Assembly (NCBI RefSeq): GCF_002113885.1
Contig: NW_018407522.1
Coordinates: forward strand, 318,079-382,078
Length of the DNA: 64,000 nucleotides
Direction: 5' to 3'
Source of the DNA: Mizuhopecten yessoensis
Taxonomy: Eukaryota
The notes beneath the pieces are model-generated. The model had not been told where the DNA came from and did not search any database. It saw only the letters and a program-made list of their open reading frames with translations. A program made the translations under genes and the position numbers. Below are positions 50,201-64,000 of this stretch, in pieces; the first letter of the stretch is position 1; each line of letters starts with the position of its first letter.

Positions 50201-51230
50201 AAACATTACCAGAGGATATTGCGCTCATAGAGTTATATTTACATTTGCCCCCGTGCCGTCCCATTACAACGGTGTTAGAGGGCAAGTGTAATTATATAGG
50301 CTATAATAACAACTGCTCGACTATAGTTACAACTGCCTGTTTCAGGTGTAGGAATATGTAAACAAACAAAATGGCCGCCTGAAATGTATTTTGAGGCAGG
50401 GCAAATGGTTTTTGTAGGAATATGTCTTAAAAAAAATTATATGTAAATATAAAAAAATACCTGGTTGTCTGGATGTAATTATTGTTGATATAATTATATC
50501 CAGACAACCAGTTATTGTTTAAATGAACTCAATTAAAATTGGTTACATATTTACCCAGTGGGCTTCATGGTAAATATATGTGTAACCGGTTTATGTTCAT
50601 ACCAGCATGACAATGACATTGAAAACAAATGCCGTGCAATCGTTATAAACCTTGATCTGGAAAATCTGGAATATATATATATATATATTGTTATGTATAA
50701 TTGTATGCATTACGATGACAATTGAATGAAAAATGCATGAATATGCAAATGCCTTCATACACTTTTAAAGCGTGTATTGTTTTTCTGATATGAAATAGTC
50801 AAAGTAGCAATGTGAATATACAAGCAATTACATTTTATTTCGAACCTTTTTCTCTTTTTAATGTTAGATTATTTCCTTTTCTTTAACGTGTAGACATTAT
50901 ATTTCATATTCATGGTAAAGACGATTAAAGAACACAATCACATGCTTCTAGATTTGTGATCGAGTTTCCATGTGACATTCTCACACTATTAGTAAACTAT
51001 GCATTCTTACCTATGAATATCCTACCAGATTACAGTCTGCTTTGTTTGTCGTGTCGGCATGGATAAACTCTCATACAATGTTCATACTGTTTTTTACAAA
51101 TGCTTCGTAACACTTAAGACGTGAATTTTCAATCTTCTCAAAACTACTTCCACTGACGAATCCCAAATGAAGGAAATGAACAAATTTCTGCATTGACGTA
51201 CTCCAATCGCTAACTAGAACTGTAAGCCAA

Positions 51231-51720
51231 AGGCTAACTAATACCCCCGCTCCTATATAAACCAGAATTGTAAGTTAAAGGCTTACTAAGGCAAAGCATT
51301 GCAAAGCAATCCATCGTCTCCCACCAGTAACAAGTATTTCGCACAAAGGGGCATGCCTCCATCAAAAAGGGTCGAAATCCCAAACTAAAATGAGGGTGCA
51401 CAACTGCATAAGATACCGATCATTCATGCAAAGTTAAATGAAATCCACCTGTTAGTTAAGGAGGTGTTGCGCTGACAAGTATTTCGCACAAAGTGGCATA
51501 ACTCCATCAAAAAGGGTCGAAATCCCAAAATTAAAATGAGGGTGCACAACTGCATAAGATACAGATCATTCATGCAAAGTTTCAATGAAATCCACCTGTT
51601 AATCAAGGGGGAGTTTTCCGGACAAGTTACTGCGGACGACAGACAGACATCCAGACAACCAGACAGGGTGATTCCAGTATACCCCCCCCCCCTACCCTAA
51701 CTTCGTTGCGGGGGTATAAA
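51231..51720 (-). mobile_element. HINE/Helentron-type element with two ~145-bp internal repeats
   Basis: aactag start, acaagtatttcgcacaaag.. at ~51330 and ~51475, (gaca)n, terminal hairpin tataccccc..ggggtata. Confidence 0.75.
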
Positions 51721-53313
51721 TAGGTCAATTCTGATTTTATATCTCTACTGCTTATCTGATAAAAGCTCTACTTAAACAGTGTAGAATATAAAAACAATGC
51801 AAGACATTTTGATAATCAGGTTGTAATTATGTTACAACTGTACGCTGTCACAATTGGAGATTTTTTTGTTGGCAATAGTGTATTATTTCCTCGTTGTATT
51901 TGAGATGTTTTAACTTGATATGCAGATATTTTTAGATTATTGTGCATTGTTTGAGACTTGCCACCCGTGGTTAACTATAAAATTACATGCAAATATTTTG
52001 TTGTTGGTTTTGTGTTGTTTGTGATTTGACACCCGTCTTTTGTGTCACAAAAGGAACCATGACATCAAAGTACAAGAATGTGTGACAATTATTTAACCGA
52101 CTCTTTACAGATGTCGCATGGACTTTTCATTTGTCAACACAAAGTGCCTAATTGCGCATGTGCGATGCGTTATATATATAGTACTCTAACTATTTTGTAT
52201 GTTTTAAATCACCAGATCATCAATACAACGCTTTAAAGAAGACACAGTTCCATTAACACGACCACACGAGTACATTAATTTTAGCAATGCTTATAAATCT
52301 AAACACAGGATTTGTATTGTTAAAAATATAAGTACGTTGTAATGATAAGGTGCTAGAGTTGTTACCATTGCTGCAATTGTTTGTAAATCCGAAGTGCATT
52401 TTTAAGGCTATGATGGGGCTGTGCCTTTTATGTTGGTTTGCAACCCCCCCCCCAACAAAACAACAACAACAAAAAACAAAACAAAATGTCAGTGCAGGAC
52501 GGCCTTTGTTTGTGTGACCATAGGTCCGTTCCTCGGACAGATATTAAGCCGATTGTATTTAGCCTGTTGCGTAAGACTATTCTCATAACGCTGTTATACA
52601 GATCGGTTTTCAACAGACAAATACACGCTATCAAATTAAAAAGCATTCTATAGGATTCATGTAAATATTTAATGCGGTGTTTAGGTTCATTTAAGGAGTT
52701 CGTATGGCGATTATGATCAAATATTAAAAACAAACTTTTTATCATTCATAAGCATAGATTTTGTCAGGAGATATTATGATGGTACAAATGAGAATAGTGT
52801 AGTAATTAAGCACTATCATGTACCGGTCATGTGGAACCTTGACATGCAAATCGTGACAGATGGATTTCATTCTTTAAAGATAATTTGATGCTAACACGAA
52901 GGTGTAGAATATCATTTTACAACTATCTATTCTTTACACAATTCATCCTGCTTGTCGATTTGTTTAGTTATATAAAAAGGCAGTCAATTATCATACTTTT
53001 CTAAGAGAGGTATTATATATACTGTAACCTTCATTTACAATAATACCTCGTTTCACTGCCACCATTTCCCCCAAACTAACAATTTGGCATTAGACGGGGG
53101 TTTGACTTTATATCAAAGGGGAGTCTAATGATGGAATTGTTACAATACATGAAAACAGGACCTTGAGGTATGTAAGCGGTACATGTTAGTGAGGGTGCAA
53201 AACAAACGAAAGGCATTACAGGAAAACTTACTGGATGACATACACTTATAATCGTAGCTACCCTTTAGTATTGCATTCAAAAAGAAGACATCTAATTTAT
53301 TTTACTAGTAAGC

Positions 53314-53495
53314 TATTCCGTCTTTGCGTATTGCAGAGTTATCTTCTCTTGTGAGCAGGTATTGCATGTTACGTCATTTGTTTGTGAGAGGAACGTCATC
53401 GATATTTGAGAAAACGACGTAATTTTAACCAAGGACGTAACAATCAATACCTGCTGACAAGAGAAGATAACTCTGCAATACGCAAAGACGGAATA
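53314..53495. mobile_element. Second copy of the 47069-47258 MITE
   Basis: Same TIRs and length class. Confidence 0.88.
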
Positions 53496-56400
53496 GTCAA
53501 CATGCGCTAAGAGAATGTTGCTCTTGAGAAGACTTCTGTTTTTGCCAGGGAACACAACCTCAGCACAACGATTGTTATTGTGCTCGAACGTAGCCGCTAA
53601 AAGTGTCAGCATAACCGTGATACCAATACAGTTATCACAATAGGAGATGGTATAGTATAAGCTTTAAGCTGTATGAATTAATACCTCCAACTTAAATCGA
53701 GAACTTACTGATTTTGCTGCGTTTCTTCTTCTTATCATTCTCCGCAAAATGGTTTCTAGAACAGTGGTTGACGTATGTGGTGTGTATGCGGTTACGCGTT
53801 CCGTTTTCCGCCTCGGTCTATAATTGACCGAAATATTTATACATTGACGCCATGGAGATCCCAACTGTCTCTCACTATTTGCCAAAATGTAGCTTGTAAG
53901 CGACTTACGGCATTGCAAATTCTTTCCAGTGCATCATTTGCAGCAACAGGGGAAGTTTGGAGACTTCTGTAACGGTCCGCGTTACAATTAAAACCTATTA
54001 ATTCTGATTTCATGTGATATTTCAATATTCACAGAACGAAAACTATATATTGTTATTAAATCTACTACATGTAATGAGCAATCTCATTTGAAATATTTTT
54101 ATATACTTTACTTAACATTTTGAAAACATTTTCGTGATTGGCCTACTTTTAGATGTGAACTATGAAGATTCTCCATGTTATCCTGTGAGTAATTGTGTCT
54201 GCTATATTGGTGATGCTTTTATAACCAAAAAAGTTGTGGTAGTGCACACGCAATGGTGCTGAATATGGAACCATTCTGTGATAACATCGAACAGTCATTT
54301 CGTGTCTGGGTCGAGATTAAACTTGTTCCTGTCAAATTTTGGTATTTGTAAGTTGATTAAAATATGGAAAATATGTGTTGGTGGTCGCCATCATAATCCT
54401 ATTGAAAAACATGCTGTTTTTTTGTGTGATATTAAAGGCCAGTGTTTTTCTATTATGGTTATCATTGCGCTTTGCCGTTGACAAAAACCCCGTTCCTGTC
54501 ATGTTGACTTGACATTGTATTTACCTAGATTTAAATTGTGGGCATCGTCTATGAAGCAGAAGACACTTAACCTTCTGGAACACCTGGTCTTATTCTACTC
54601 AACCTTTTTTCAATGGTCTCGATGCAGTTTTAAAGATATTGAATTACGGTTCTGTAGACGCGTCGGTATTCTAGTGTTCCTTTTTAGCAATAATAGAATA
54701 ATTTTCCTCTCGTAATGCATTACAAATCAATTGCTATATAGGATTCTAATCTCCACACTTGTGAACGATGACTGTAATTTAACCAGTGGTTCGTTGCTAC
54801 TTTGTGAGATATAAAACTTTTAATGTTAACACCTTGCCTCAACATCCTTTCACAAATATAAGGGCTGAAATGCGTGTTCGCCATATACGTTATTATGCTT
54901 CGGGAAAAAAAGTTATAAGCATTTGTGTTTCATACTGTCAATAATACTAAGAATAGGGATTTCTTTGCTTAATACTCACTGTCCAACTGTAGGAAAACAC
55001 TAGATAATGCCATTGTAAGTTTCCATATATACAGTTCCATCCCTTGTAGTTCAATTGTGGTATAACTGAAGTCGGGCAGGGACACGAAATTACCGCTTAT
55101 CAGGTAGTTCTCGTGAAACTGTGTTGAGATCGGATAACATGGTTCTGGTTCGAGTCCCGGTATAGCTCATTAGCACTTTAAATCTCATAACACTTTTGTT
55201 GATATGCTTTAATTGTTGTTTATTTCATCTTAATGGTTTTGTCACAAAAGTCGCGTAAGGTATCAGATATGACTATCAAAGCTTTTGTCTATTGTCATTC
55301 CATAGAAAGAAATTCACAATTCAGTTTCAATAGTTTGGCAGTGGTATGGGACCCTGAAATAAATAATTAGGGACATATTATTACAAGTGGTGTTGGTGAT
55401 GAAATGATTATTAATCAATGTTTCAACAGCACACAATACATATCAATAATATTGGAAATTACTGTATTGGCTTTATCTGTTTTCAGATATCTTTTTGATT
55501 TGCAGCAATAAGTATTTCGAAGAAGATAATGGCGGTAACGCATTCTTGGCTCACTGCTTCACCAGGTGTCGTTGCTAATGACAGGCATGAACATTAATGT
55601 TTACAGTTACAACATGTATGTCAAGTGGTGTCTGGGGTCGGTCATAGGGCGTTGATGGTTGCCTGTTTAAGGCGTACATCGTTGTAGATATAAATACATC
55701 AACGGATCTCTCACTTGAACATGTTATCGGTAGATTTATGTGAATTTTCAATTGATATTTTATGATATGCCTTGAAAAGTTTTATGGATATAACATGAAT
55801 TTGTGAACGGTTTTTATGGCAGCCGTTTACTTAATGGGGTCACTCTCCATGGAAAATCTTTTGAGTATGTAAGGTATGTTCTCTCTGGTCAAACAGACAG
55901 AGATTGTGAACGTTATCCGCTTCGGGGAGCTGGTCAAGTGAGCCTGTACTTCAAATAGAAACTGGAGCTCAGGAATGTGTGATTTATTCACGTTGTCACC
56001 CGCAGTCGTGAATCTATGTCACATGGACCAACGTATTCAAAAGAAAAAACAGGCCACACTGACTTCATTTTTTCAAATTTTGTGACTTTTTATTAAAATT
56101 ATCTAACCAATTCCATAGTTTATATAATTATGCTCTTAATAATTTTCCCGTGTCGTTTGGGAAAAATTAGTTTAACAAAAATCATGGAAAAGAAAAACAT
56201 ATATTTTAAAAAAAGAGATACAGGGAAAACATACTGAAAAGACCATTTGAGGGGATACACTCCGATTGAGTTGATAGTTTCTTGCATTTTCTTAGAAACT
56301 AGCAGAAATCTAGGAAACAAACTTAATAATTATTTTATTTGTTCTAAATGCGAAACTGAATACACACGTAGATATGATAAAGCATACCCCACTTTCAGCT

Positions 56401-59400
56401 GGCCAAGTTGAGTAACTAAGGAAAAGTGAAACACAAAAAAACGACGCATATCACATAAAAATGAAACTAAAAGTTTTTTCTTTTAATTTTTGTATCGAAA
56501 TCCTTTTTTTCTTTTGAACTTATCTTTTGTCAATATATTTCAATTTTGTTTTTGTCAGTTACCTCCGCGTTTACATTGTGAAATTGAATTTTAATATATA
56601 AGCATAAAGACAGATACATTTTTATATTTGAAGGATTAATAAAATTAAGGAATTAAATGAGGAGCAAAACCACCCCCTTATGGGTCTAGTGGCGAGAATC
56701 TTGACCATTTGTTTTCTGTTTTAAGTGTAACATTTGTGTGAGGTTTTCGTACGAATGTATGATGAATATTGGTTTTCTCGTCTTATCTGTTTAATATCAT
56801 TTTGTAGGAACGGCATTATGCTATCTCTACAAACAAATGACATGATCAAGTGCCCGAGTATAACAGACATTTAACTGGTGAAACCTTACTTCTTCTATCG
56901 CAATTTTGAGTAAATAATTTCAAAGTTGTATTGTTAGTTTCAAATAAGTAAAGAATATTTCAAAGAAACAGTATTTGAAGAAAATATTATAAAGAGACAT
57001 TGCTCGATCGAATAAAAAATCATTTTATTCAATTCAATCCCGAAATACAGTTTTTCGCTGACGAAGCAGTTCATGTATTCTCTTTTATAAATCAGCCTTC
57101 TGTTAATGATATTTTAAATCGTTTCGATATTTAGGATTATGTTAGATTAAACTTAAACACTGTTCACAGAATGATTCCACGCCAATAATAGGTTTAGTCG
57201 AGATGATACAATCTGATCAATTGTTATGCTTTATCGATGTTGTGAAAAGGGGTCAAGGTGAATGTCCCGCCCTTGACACGAACATTGCAGTTCCCATTTT
57301 ACTGCGTCATATATAAAGCCCATGTAAACAGATCTCGTAACGCTCCATATGAAGTCACATTCACATGTAAATAAGCTTGACTTAAAGGAACGTAACACCT
57401 TACAGACAAGACGTAACGAGAGGTTTTATTTGGAGTAGATGTTTGGTATTATAGTTAAATATATAATGTGTGATATAATCGGAGCTTAATTGATAATGTA
57501 CTCAACGCCTGCGATAGTAATCAGCTTAAGGTAAATGTTCGTACTTTAGTTTCATAAAGTTTCCATTTCCTTTAAATACAACTCCCGTAGGTATATTAGG
57601 TATAGGACTACTCAAGCCGTGTATAATGCAAAAGTAATGTTCAAACAAAATAGCATGTACTTAAGTGAACCTTTTTCCCAAGTGTCGACTTTGACATTGG
57701 TACATCACAAACCGTGACTACGTGTATACTACTGCCATAAGTACTAGTCTAGACGAGGCACCGTGTCGGTATTGATGTAACGCTACCTGTAAATATACTG
57801 ATCACTGAACAGGTAAATTTTTGTTTACAAATCCATCGAGAATAGACACACACATACTGCGTTGGCGTAGGTTCATGAGGTCCTCACTTTAATCTTTTTT
57901 TTTTGTAAATTTAAAGCTCCAGGTGATTTTACCTGTAAAATGTATTGCACTTTTAAGTAAGTCTTATTTCCTGTTGATGATTAAAGCATGTGATTTACAC
58001 AGAGTTGAAATGTGGTTTTGTACTTCTGTTTATATTTACCTGTGTATGAACATGTATATGAGAGGTAGGGTTACTTCTATGTGTTTCTTTACTACGTGAA
58101 ATCAAGCTTTACCGGTTATGGTAAAGTTTTAGTTGAACTCTAACCCTTAAAGTTCATAAATCAAACCGCTGTCGTTTTAATATAGTTCAAATCTGATTTA
58201 AACACAGCTGAAATTTACATTTACCTGTATGCATGTATGTGGCACAACGTCATAAAGTGATATGTGCCTGCACAGATGATTTTGGATGTAACACGCAATG
58301 GCAGATTTAAACTGAACATGTCATCTTCTGCTCTTCATTCTCACGCGACGACAGGACTGGACAAACGTGTTAACTCTCTGTTAACAGTTATTTACAACGT
58401 TCACGGGTTTATATGTAGGTTGCGATATTGTCTGTGACCACCAACTTAGAACGAAGGATACCTTGATGTCAAACTGCATTCATTAGAGGTGTGACTTTGT
58501 CCTAACCTTGGATTCTGTACTGGAAGAAAACATTGATTTGACTACAATTTTCTCAATATGCTAACAGGATATGGCAAATATATTTCATGGATTACTGTTT
58601 AATCTATAATAATACTAGTTGCTACTTGAATATGTGCTGTTGGACAACATGAAGCCATACGTATCTTCACATGCTAACGGGATATGGTGTCATAATTTCA
58701 AGCATCTAGCATCGTAACATATTTATGTGATGTTAACCTGTAAGAAGGTTTCACTGATATCTGTACTCTCGGACAACATGGATGTATCCAGGATCGTATG
58801 ACCCAATTATCGTTTACTTTAAGGTGATTAGCGGTATGAAGTCTCCTGTAAGGAGTACATACAGTACTGGTGCCTGAAAACGGTGATGACATCTTTTCCT
58901 AAATAGCATCCATTGCAATATTTGCCTTTACCAAGGAATCATACTTTTGTTTGAAAGGGCGTGAGTAATGGTCGACATGGAAGTAATCCAAACTTTTAAA
59001 GACAGTATTTTGTAGTCTTAAGCGCGTACATTTTTTACCTGGATTTATAAACCTGTTTATGACATATGTCATTTTGCTAGTATTGGATGATTGACGATTG
59101 GTGATATGTATTTTACTGTTGATCATAATGATGTGTCAGCCGTATCGCTTCTCCTTTAAGATGATTGTATTGACATTGGTAAGAACATATCAGCACTCGG
59201 TGACTCGGAGACGTTTATGAGCAAATTTAAGTTACACCTGTGAAATACACCTGTGGAGAAACGCCGTTCACGTTTAATGAATATCAGACTTTCCACGGTT
59301 CATGTCAACCATGACCTGTTTGTGTATTATTAACAATATGAACAGTTTGTGCTACGGTGTGTAAGCATTTGACGACAATGTGTGTCAAACCTGTGTATTG

Positions 59401-60207
59401 TTAAGCGATCGTCCATAAACGTTCTGTAATTGTTTGATTTACCTGCGCTATATGTATCTGTGAAAATAAACTCTGATACTTTGCTCCCGGACAGGCGTAT
59501 GTGCTAAACACTACGCACAAATCCCTTCTACCTGTCGTATTAACTTGAGTGTTTGATTGAATACACACAAACTCATTACATTCTAGAATGGCGAGTGTAA
59601 AAACAACCGTCATTTAGAGGATTATGTTGATGTGTTCGGATGAAGCGTACACAATAATGATTCGAACAGATGATGGAATATAGTTACACACAAATATCCA
59701 TGTGACCTTGAGACTAAATCAATTAGTGTCCTTTCAAACTGAGGAGTAAGTAATGTGATGTATTGAATGGATAAACTATTCAACACACGGATGTGCTATT
59801 TCCAGTGGAATATTAATAGTGTTATACCCACCAGGGAAATCTTAATCAAGCAACATACAGCCGAAACAGTGCTGACAGTGTAAAGAACTAACATAATAGT
59901 AAGGGCTATGATAGTATATCTAAACTAAAACTATAACAATAGAAATAGGGACGACAGCATTTAGTAGGTTCATTGACAGTAGCAATAGTTATTACGTTGT
60001 CTGTTAAATCAGCAACACATATATATTCAAGAGGCTTTCCTTTTAACGTCATACATGAACTGCAACGCACGTGTAAGGACCAACAGCAACATCAACCATA
60101 CGACACTGAGGCTGTAGGGCAGCAATTAAAACGGGAAAAACACCAACAGAAGTACTAGTATATATATAACAGTGTGACCTAGGACAGTGCAGAGAACGTA
60201 CCCTACC

Positions 60208-60336
60208 ATGTGTCGAACGTGTGTTACTATGGTAGATATGGAGGTACCACCCTGGCTGTGGGACCCGGGGGTCACGTGGTGTAGGAAGAAGTACTATCTC
60301 TCCCAGAACGGCCGGTGGTCGGGTCAGCCATGTACG
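60208..60336 (+). CDS. Candidate first coding exon of an unidentified gene
   Basis: TATATATATAA at 60159-60169, GC-rich island, accATG, 43 open codons, strong donor acg|gtgagt. Confidence 0.4.
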
Positions 60337-61710
60337 GTGAGTCAGCCTCGTCCTTCGATTTACGTTTTGTTTGATACGATAATAAGGTTATCAGAGATGT
60401 TGCGCTATACACTCGGGACCGTCTTTTTTAATGTGGGAATGAAAGTTATTAAGTAATTAACGTTATTTGAATATTTCATTCGTGCATAAATTTCATTTGT
60501 AGCACTTTTAAATATATCTATGATGCAATAACCAACTGTTTTCAATCGTTGACCTCCTATTTGTTGGTAAAGTAGACTGTCCCCCCCCCCCAAATCACTG
60601 AAACTGATACATGATCTAGAGCAATGATAAATGGTTGAAATGTGGTAATTGTGAGGGGCGATACACTGTAGTGTTTACCTAATAAGTACAACTGTGTATC
60701 CGATTGGATTATATTGATTCAAAATAAATCGTCGTGTTTATCTATCATGCTCGAGTTTCCACGATTATCATTCCTTCATGCGGGATCTTTAATATCAGTT
60801 CGGAAAAATCATACCTTAGTTCAGTTGAAGCGACTTAATCAGACGAAAACAATGGCGATTAAGCATACACAATTTTAATATGTGTCATAAGTCTAATTCA
60901 GTATAATAAAATTGTACTGGCCACTTTGTAGGGAAGCACAGAATGAAGTTTCCCTTTCACAAAGAAATATATATATATATATATATATATATATGCTATT
61001 AGTCAAGAAAACAACACAATAGATGTATTTAATTAAAATCAATCACAAATTCTTATGCTACCTAAAGGTTTGGCTAAAGAATGGAGAAGCAACGTGATGT
61101 TGTTATAAAGACCCGTATTCCAACATGCAGCAGTGTGAAATAAGGATAACGTCAAACTATCGCATGTGCATGAAAACTTAAAAAAGAGAAGGTGGGTAAA
61201 CCGCTTCCAACATAAACACACATGTACAGAGGAAAATATACACAAGTAAATGTACAGGTGTACATCAGAGCTATCTAGGCGTCGACAGGTAACATATAGA
61301 CTCGTAGCCGTAAGCAGTCAACACAATTAATGTATTAATGTAATGGCGCTGAAAAGGACTATTTACTGCTGTCAAATATAGACATTTAAAACCCACAAAC
61401 CTTGAGAAATATAAATAGCTGATGTTTCAATGACCTCGGCGTCTTAAAACACGGTCGAATTCGGAGTCAAACGTTCAATATTTAGAAATAATTAATAGGA
61501 TACTTTAAGTATTGGTGTCCAGTCGTGCTCTGCTGTAGCCATGGGATGACGTTGAGTAAACAAATATACGGGATTAATATAAAACATCTACAAGGACCTA
61601 AACGGAAAAGGCTTAACAGATGTGAATTGCGATATCTGTGACATATTTGTTGGCCACATAGTTTCATACGAGTTCTTTGCGATGATTAAAATCAATACAT
61701 TGTTTTCTTT

Positions 61711-61872
61711 ACACTTTATTTATTTTACAACGTTATGAAACAAGTTTTTACAACTTATATTAATCCCTCTTGTTGGCCAAGATGTTAGCGTGCAGGGGTC
61801 TTATATTGCGGGAGGAAACCGGCCGTCTTGGTGAAAGGGAAGTGCGCTGCCCACTGCGCCACCCGACCACCC
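61711..61872 (-). mobile_element. Internally deleted V-SINE
   Basis: Head gggtggtcgggtggcgcagtgg joined directly to ccggtttcctccc; tail matches ~41795-41903. Confidence 0.75.
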
Positions 61873-62364
61873 TGCTTAAAAATACCTAGTAAGCAAAAAA
61901 GAGCAGAGGAGTAAAACAATTTCAGGACGATATTCAGCTAACGTGATTTTAGAAGATCTAATTTTTTTCCCGACATTAAAATGCTCTTCACCCTTATTTT
62001 TGAATAAGGATGACGTTCGTATAAACTAAAAAAATCAGTACTATAAATATAAGCAACGTTTTCAGGTTTTCAGGCAAAACACTGTTCAATGACGTCACAC
62101 CAAAGCGATCAAACTATCCTTGTTGGACATACAACATTAGGCCTATGCAACACAGTCTCTGGTCTGGTAGGTCCGACAGTTTCTAGAGTCACAAACATTC
62201 AAACCATGGCACTTCAATTGTTAGAAACAGGTTCTGTTGCAGTTCTTATAGGAAGTCCTCAATACCGCGACGTACTAGTCAGTCTCCCAGTCCTTAATAA
62301 GATGTTGTTTTTTTTTATTACTAAGGCATGTATTGTATATCACAGAATCAGGTACTTAATTTAA

Positions 62365-62526
62365 TTCTTTATTTATTTTACGAGCATTATAAACAGCCCG
62401 AAGGCTACTAAATGCTCTCCTCAACATATATAAAACATACAATATGTACAATTACACAATAGACGTTCAAATGTCGAACACACTTGCACTCACACATACA
62501 CACATTACACACACACACACACACAT

Positions 62527-62574
<48 letters not shown>

Positions 62575-63848
62575 TGTTTGAATTTACGATATATTCAACA
62601 ACATGGTCAAATAATGTTTTGTTCTCAATTTCGTTTAGAGTTTCTAATCCACATAAAATTATTTTGACAAGAACATTTGGCATGAGCTCTACAATAAGGT
62701 TGGAATTGATATTATGAGCAAATATATGACAAACAGCACGGAGCATATTGGAACGGATTCGGTTATATTTTGGACAAAGTAAAAAGAAATGAATTTCATC
62801 TTCGGAGGAGTTCGCGCAGAAGTCACAGAATTTGTTAGTAGTTAAATTGTAAGAGTATATATGTCTGTTTAAAGCACTAAGTCCCATTCTTATTCTAGAG
62901 TGATTGAATTTTCCTTTCCCATGTCCATATGCATATAAAGAGTTTGTTTGTGGAATGGATAGATTTGACAGTGCTAGAGAGAAAGACGTTAGTGAAGAGC
63001 TATTTCTCAATGCTTCAGGTAGGTTGTTCCAGTCTCGTATTGATTTTGGAAAGAAGGATTGGTGATAGAAAGATTTTCTTGACAGGATAGGAAGAATAGT
63101 ATTAGAATTTCTAAAGTTGTAGTTTTGTGTTCGATGACTCTGAATTGGACAAATAGTTTTCAAGTATGGCGGACATAGATCATGCTTAATTTTAAATAAC
63201 ATTTTAAGTCTGCAATTTTTTCGTCTCTCACTTAGTTTTTCCCATCCCAATTCACCCAGCAGTTTAGTATATTTGGTAACCTTATAACCGCCTGTGCATA
63301 TTAATGCCGCCCTACGCTGAACACTTTCAATAAGGTCAGACTCTTGCTGACTGCAGTTATCAAATAAAATATTGCCATATTCCATAACCGATCTTACCAT
63401 AGTTTTATATAGTGTTTCAAGACAAGAACGTGGGATAATATAAGCTAATGCTTGTAAGATATTTAGTATTCTGTTTGCTTTGGCTACAATTTCTGAAATA
63501 TGAAAATGCCAGCTGAGGTTACCCGATAGAATTATGCCAAGATGTTTATGGTTAATTACATGTTTAATCGGAATGTTGTTAAGCAGGAGGTTCGGTTTAT
63601 TAACAAATCTTTTTTTAGAGAAAATAACAAATTCAGTTTTTAGTGCGTTAAATGTGACAAGCCATCGCTATGCCCACTGAGACAGAGTAGTTAAGTCGTC
63701 GTTTAGTTTATTTACTGATTCGTTGCTATTTATGATTGATGAGAGAGATGTGTCGTCAGCGAATAAGTTAATGTCAGATGAAATGCCTACATTTATATCA
63801 TTTACATATACTAAAAATAAGAGCGGTCCAAGGATCGAGCCCTGGTAC
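62365..63848 (-). mobile_element. 5'-truncated L2/CR1-group LINE (RT C-terminal half), decayed
   Basis: QGSILGPLLFLVYVND, LFADDT, KHLG, YKTMVRSVMEYG, IESVQRRA, SFFPKSIRDWNNLP. In-frame TAG at 63668-63670; (AG)n(AC)n at ~62490-62570; terminal stem-loop and A-rich tail. Confidence 0.92.
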
Positions 63849-64000
63849 TTGCTTTGGTGCCCTTTACTTAGGGACACAAAAGCGATCAAAAGTAATCTGC
63901 AGCACCCATTGGAGTATTTGATATATTTATTTTTCTCTTCACTTCCAAACCAAACAAAACCAATACCTTCCATTTGCTAGCGCCGTGTTTGGCAATACCT

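Noticed and set aside
51151-51180. Hammerhead-like cactgacgaatcccaaatgaaggaaatg
   Set aside because: Stem II does not pair and there is no helix III or cleavage triplet.
55485-56060. Possible decayed coding segment
   Set aside because: Stops in the frames I read and no motif I could identify.
60208-60290. Antizyme-like +1 frameshift ORF1
   Set aside because: No UCC-UGA shift site.

Overview
AT-rich eukaryotic (intron-containing) DNA; the repeat families and RING-less B-box/NHL genes point to a bivalve mollusc (inference). Protein genes: (i) a tandem pair of intronless B-box/coiled-coil/NHL-like propeller (tripartite-motif-like) genes on the minus strand, one intact (540 aa) and one frameshifted; (ii) CDK9 on the plus strand (4 coding exons, 396 aa, PITALRE); (iii) a convergent BTBD8-like gene on the minus strand (12 coding exons, about 960 aa); (iv) a possible unrecognised gene starting near 60.2 kb. 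The rest is repeats: two truncated LINEs (Tx1/L1-like and L2/CR1-group), SINEs, fold-back MITEs, Helentron-associated (HINE/pearl-like) elements and minisatellites of 30, 31, 41, 48 and 75-76 bp. Best second-look items: a miniature LTR retroelement with tRNA-like Pol III LTRs and an intact TACT target duplication in CDK9 intron 2; an inverted pair of decayed Penelope-type hammerhead ribozymes in CDK9 intron 3; a duplicated, in-frame, stop-free splice acceptor in the BTBD8-like gene; a 2.5-kb array between divergent promoters with poly(A) signals on one strand and 5'-splice-site motifs on the other; and divergence between the B-box paralogues concentrated in the propeller. I found no clearly new multi-gene system. 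All calls were made by eye with no database searches.
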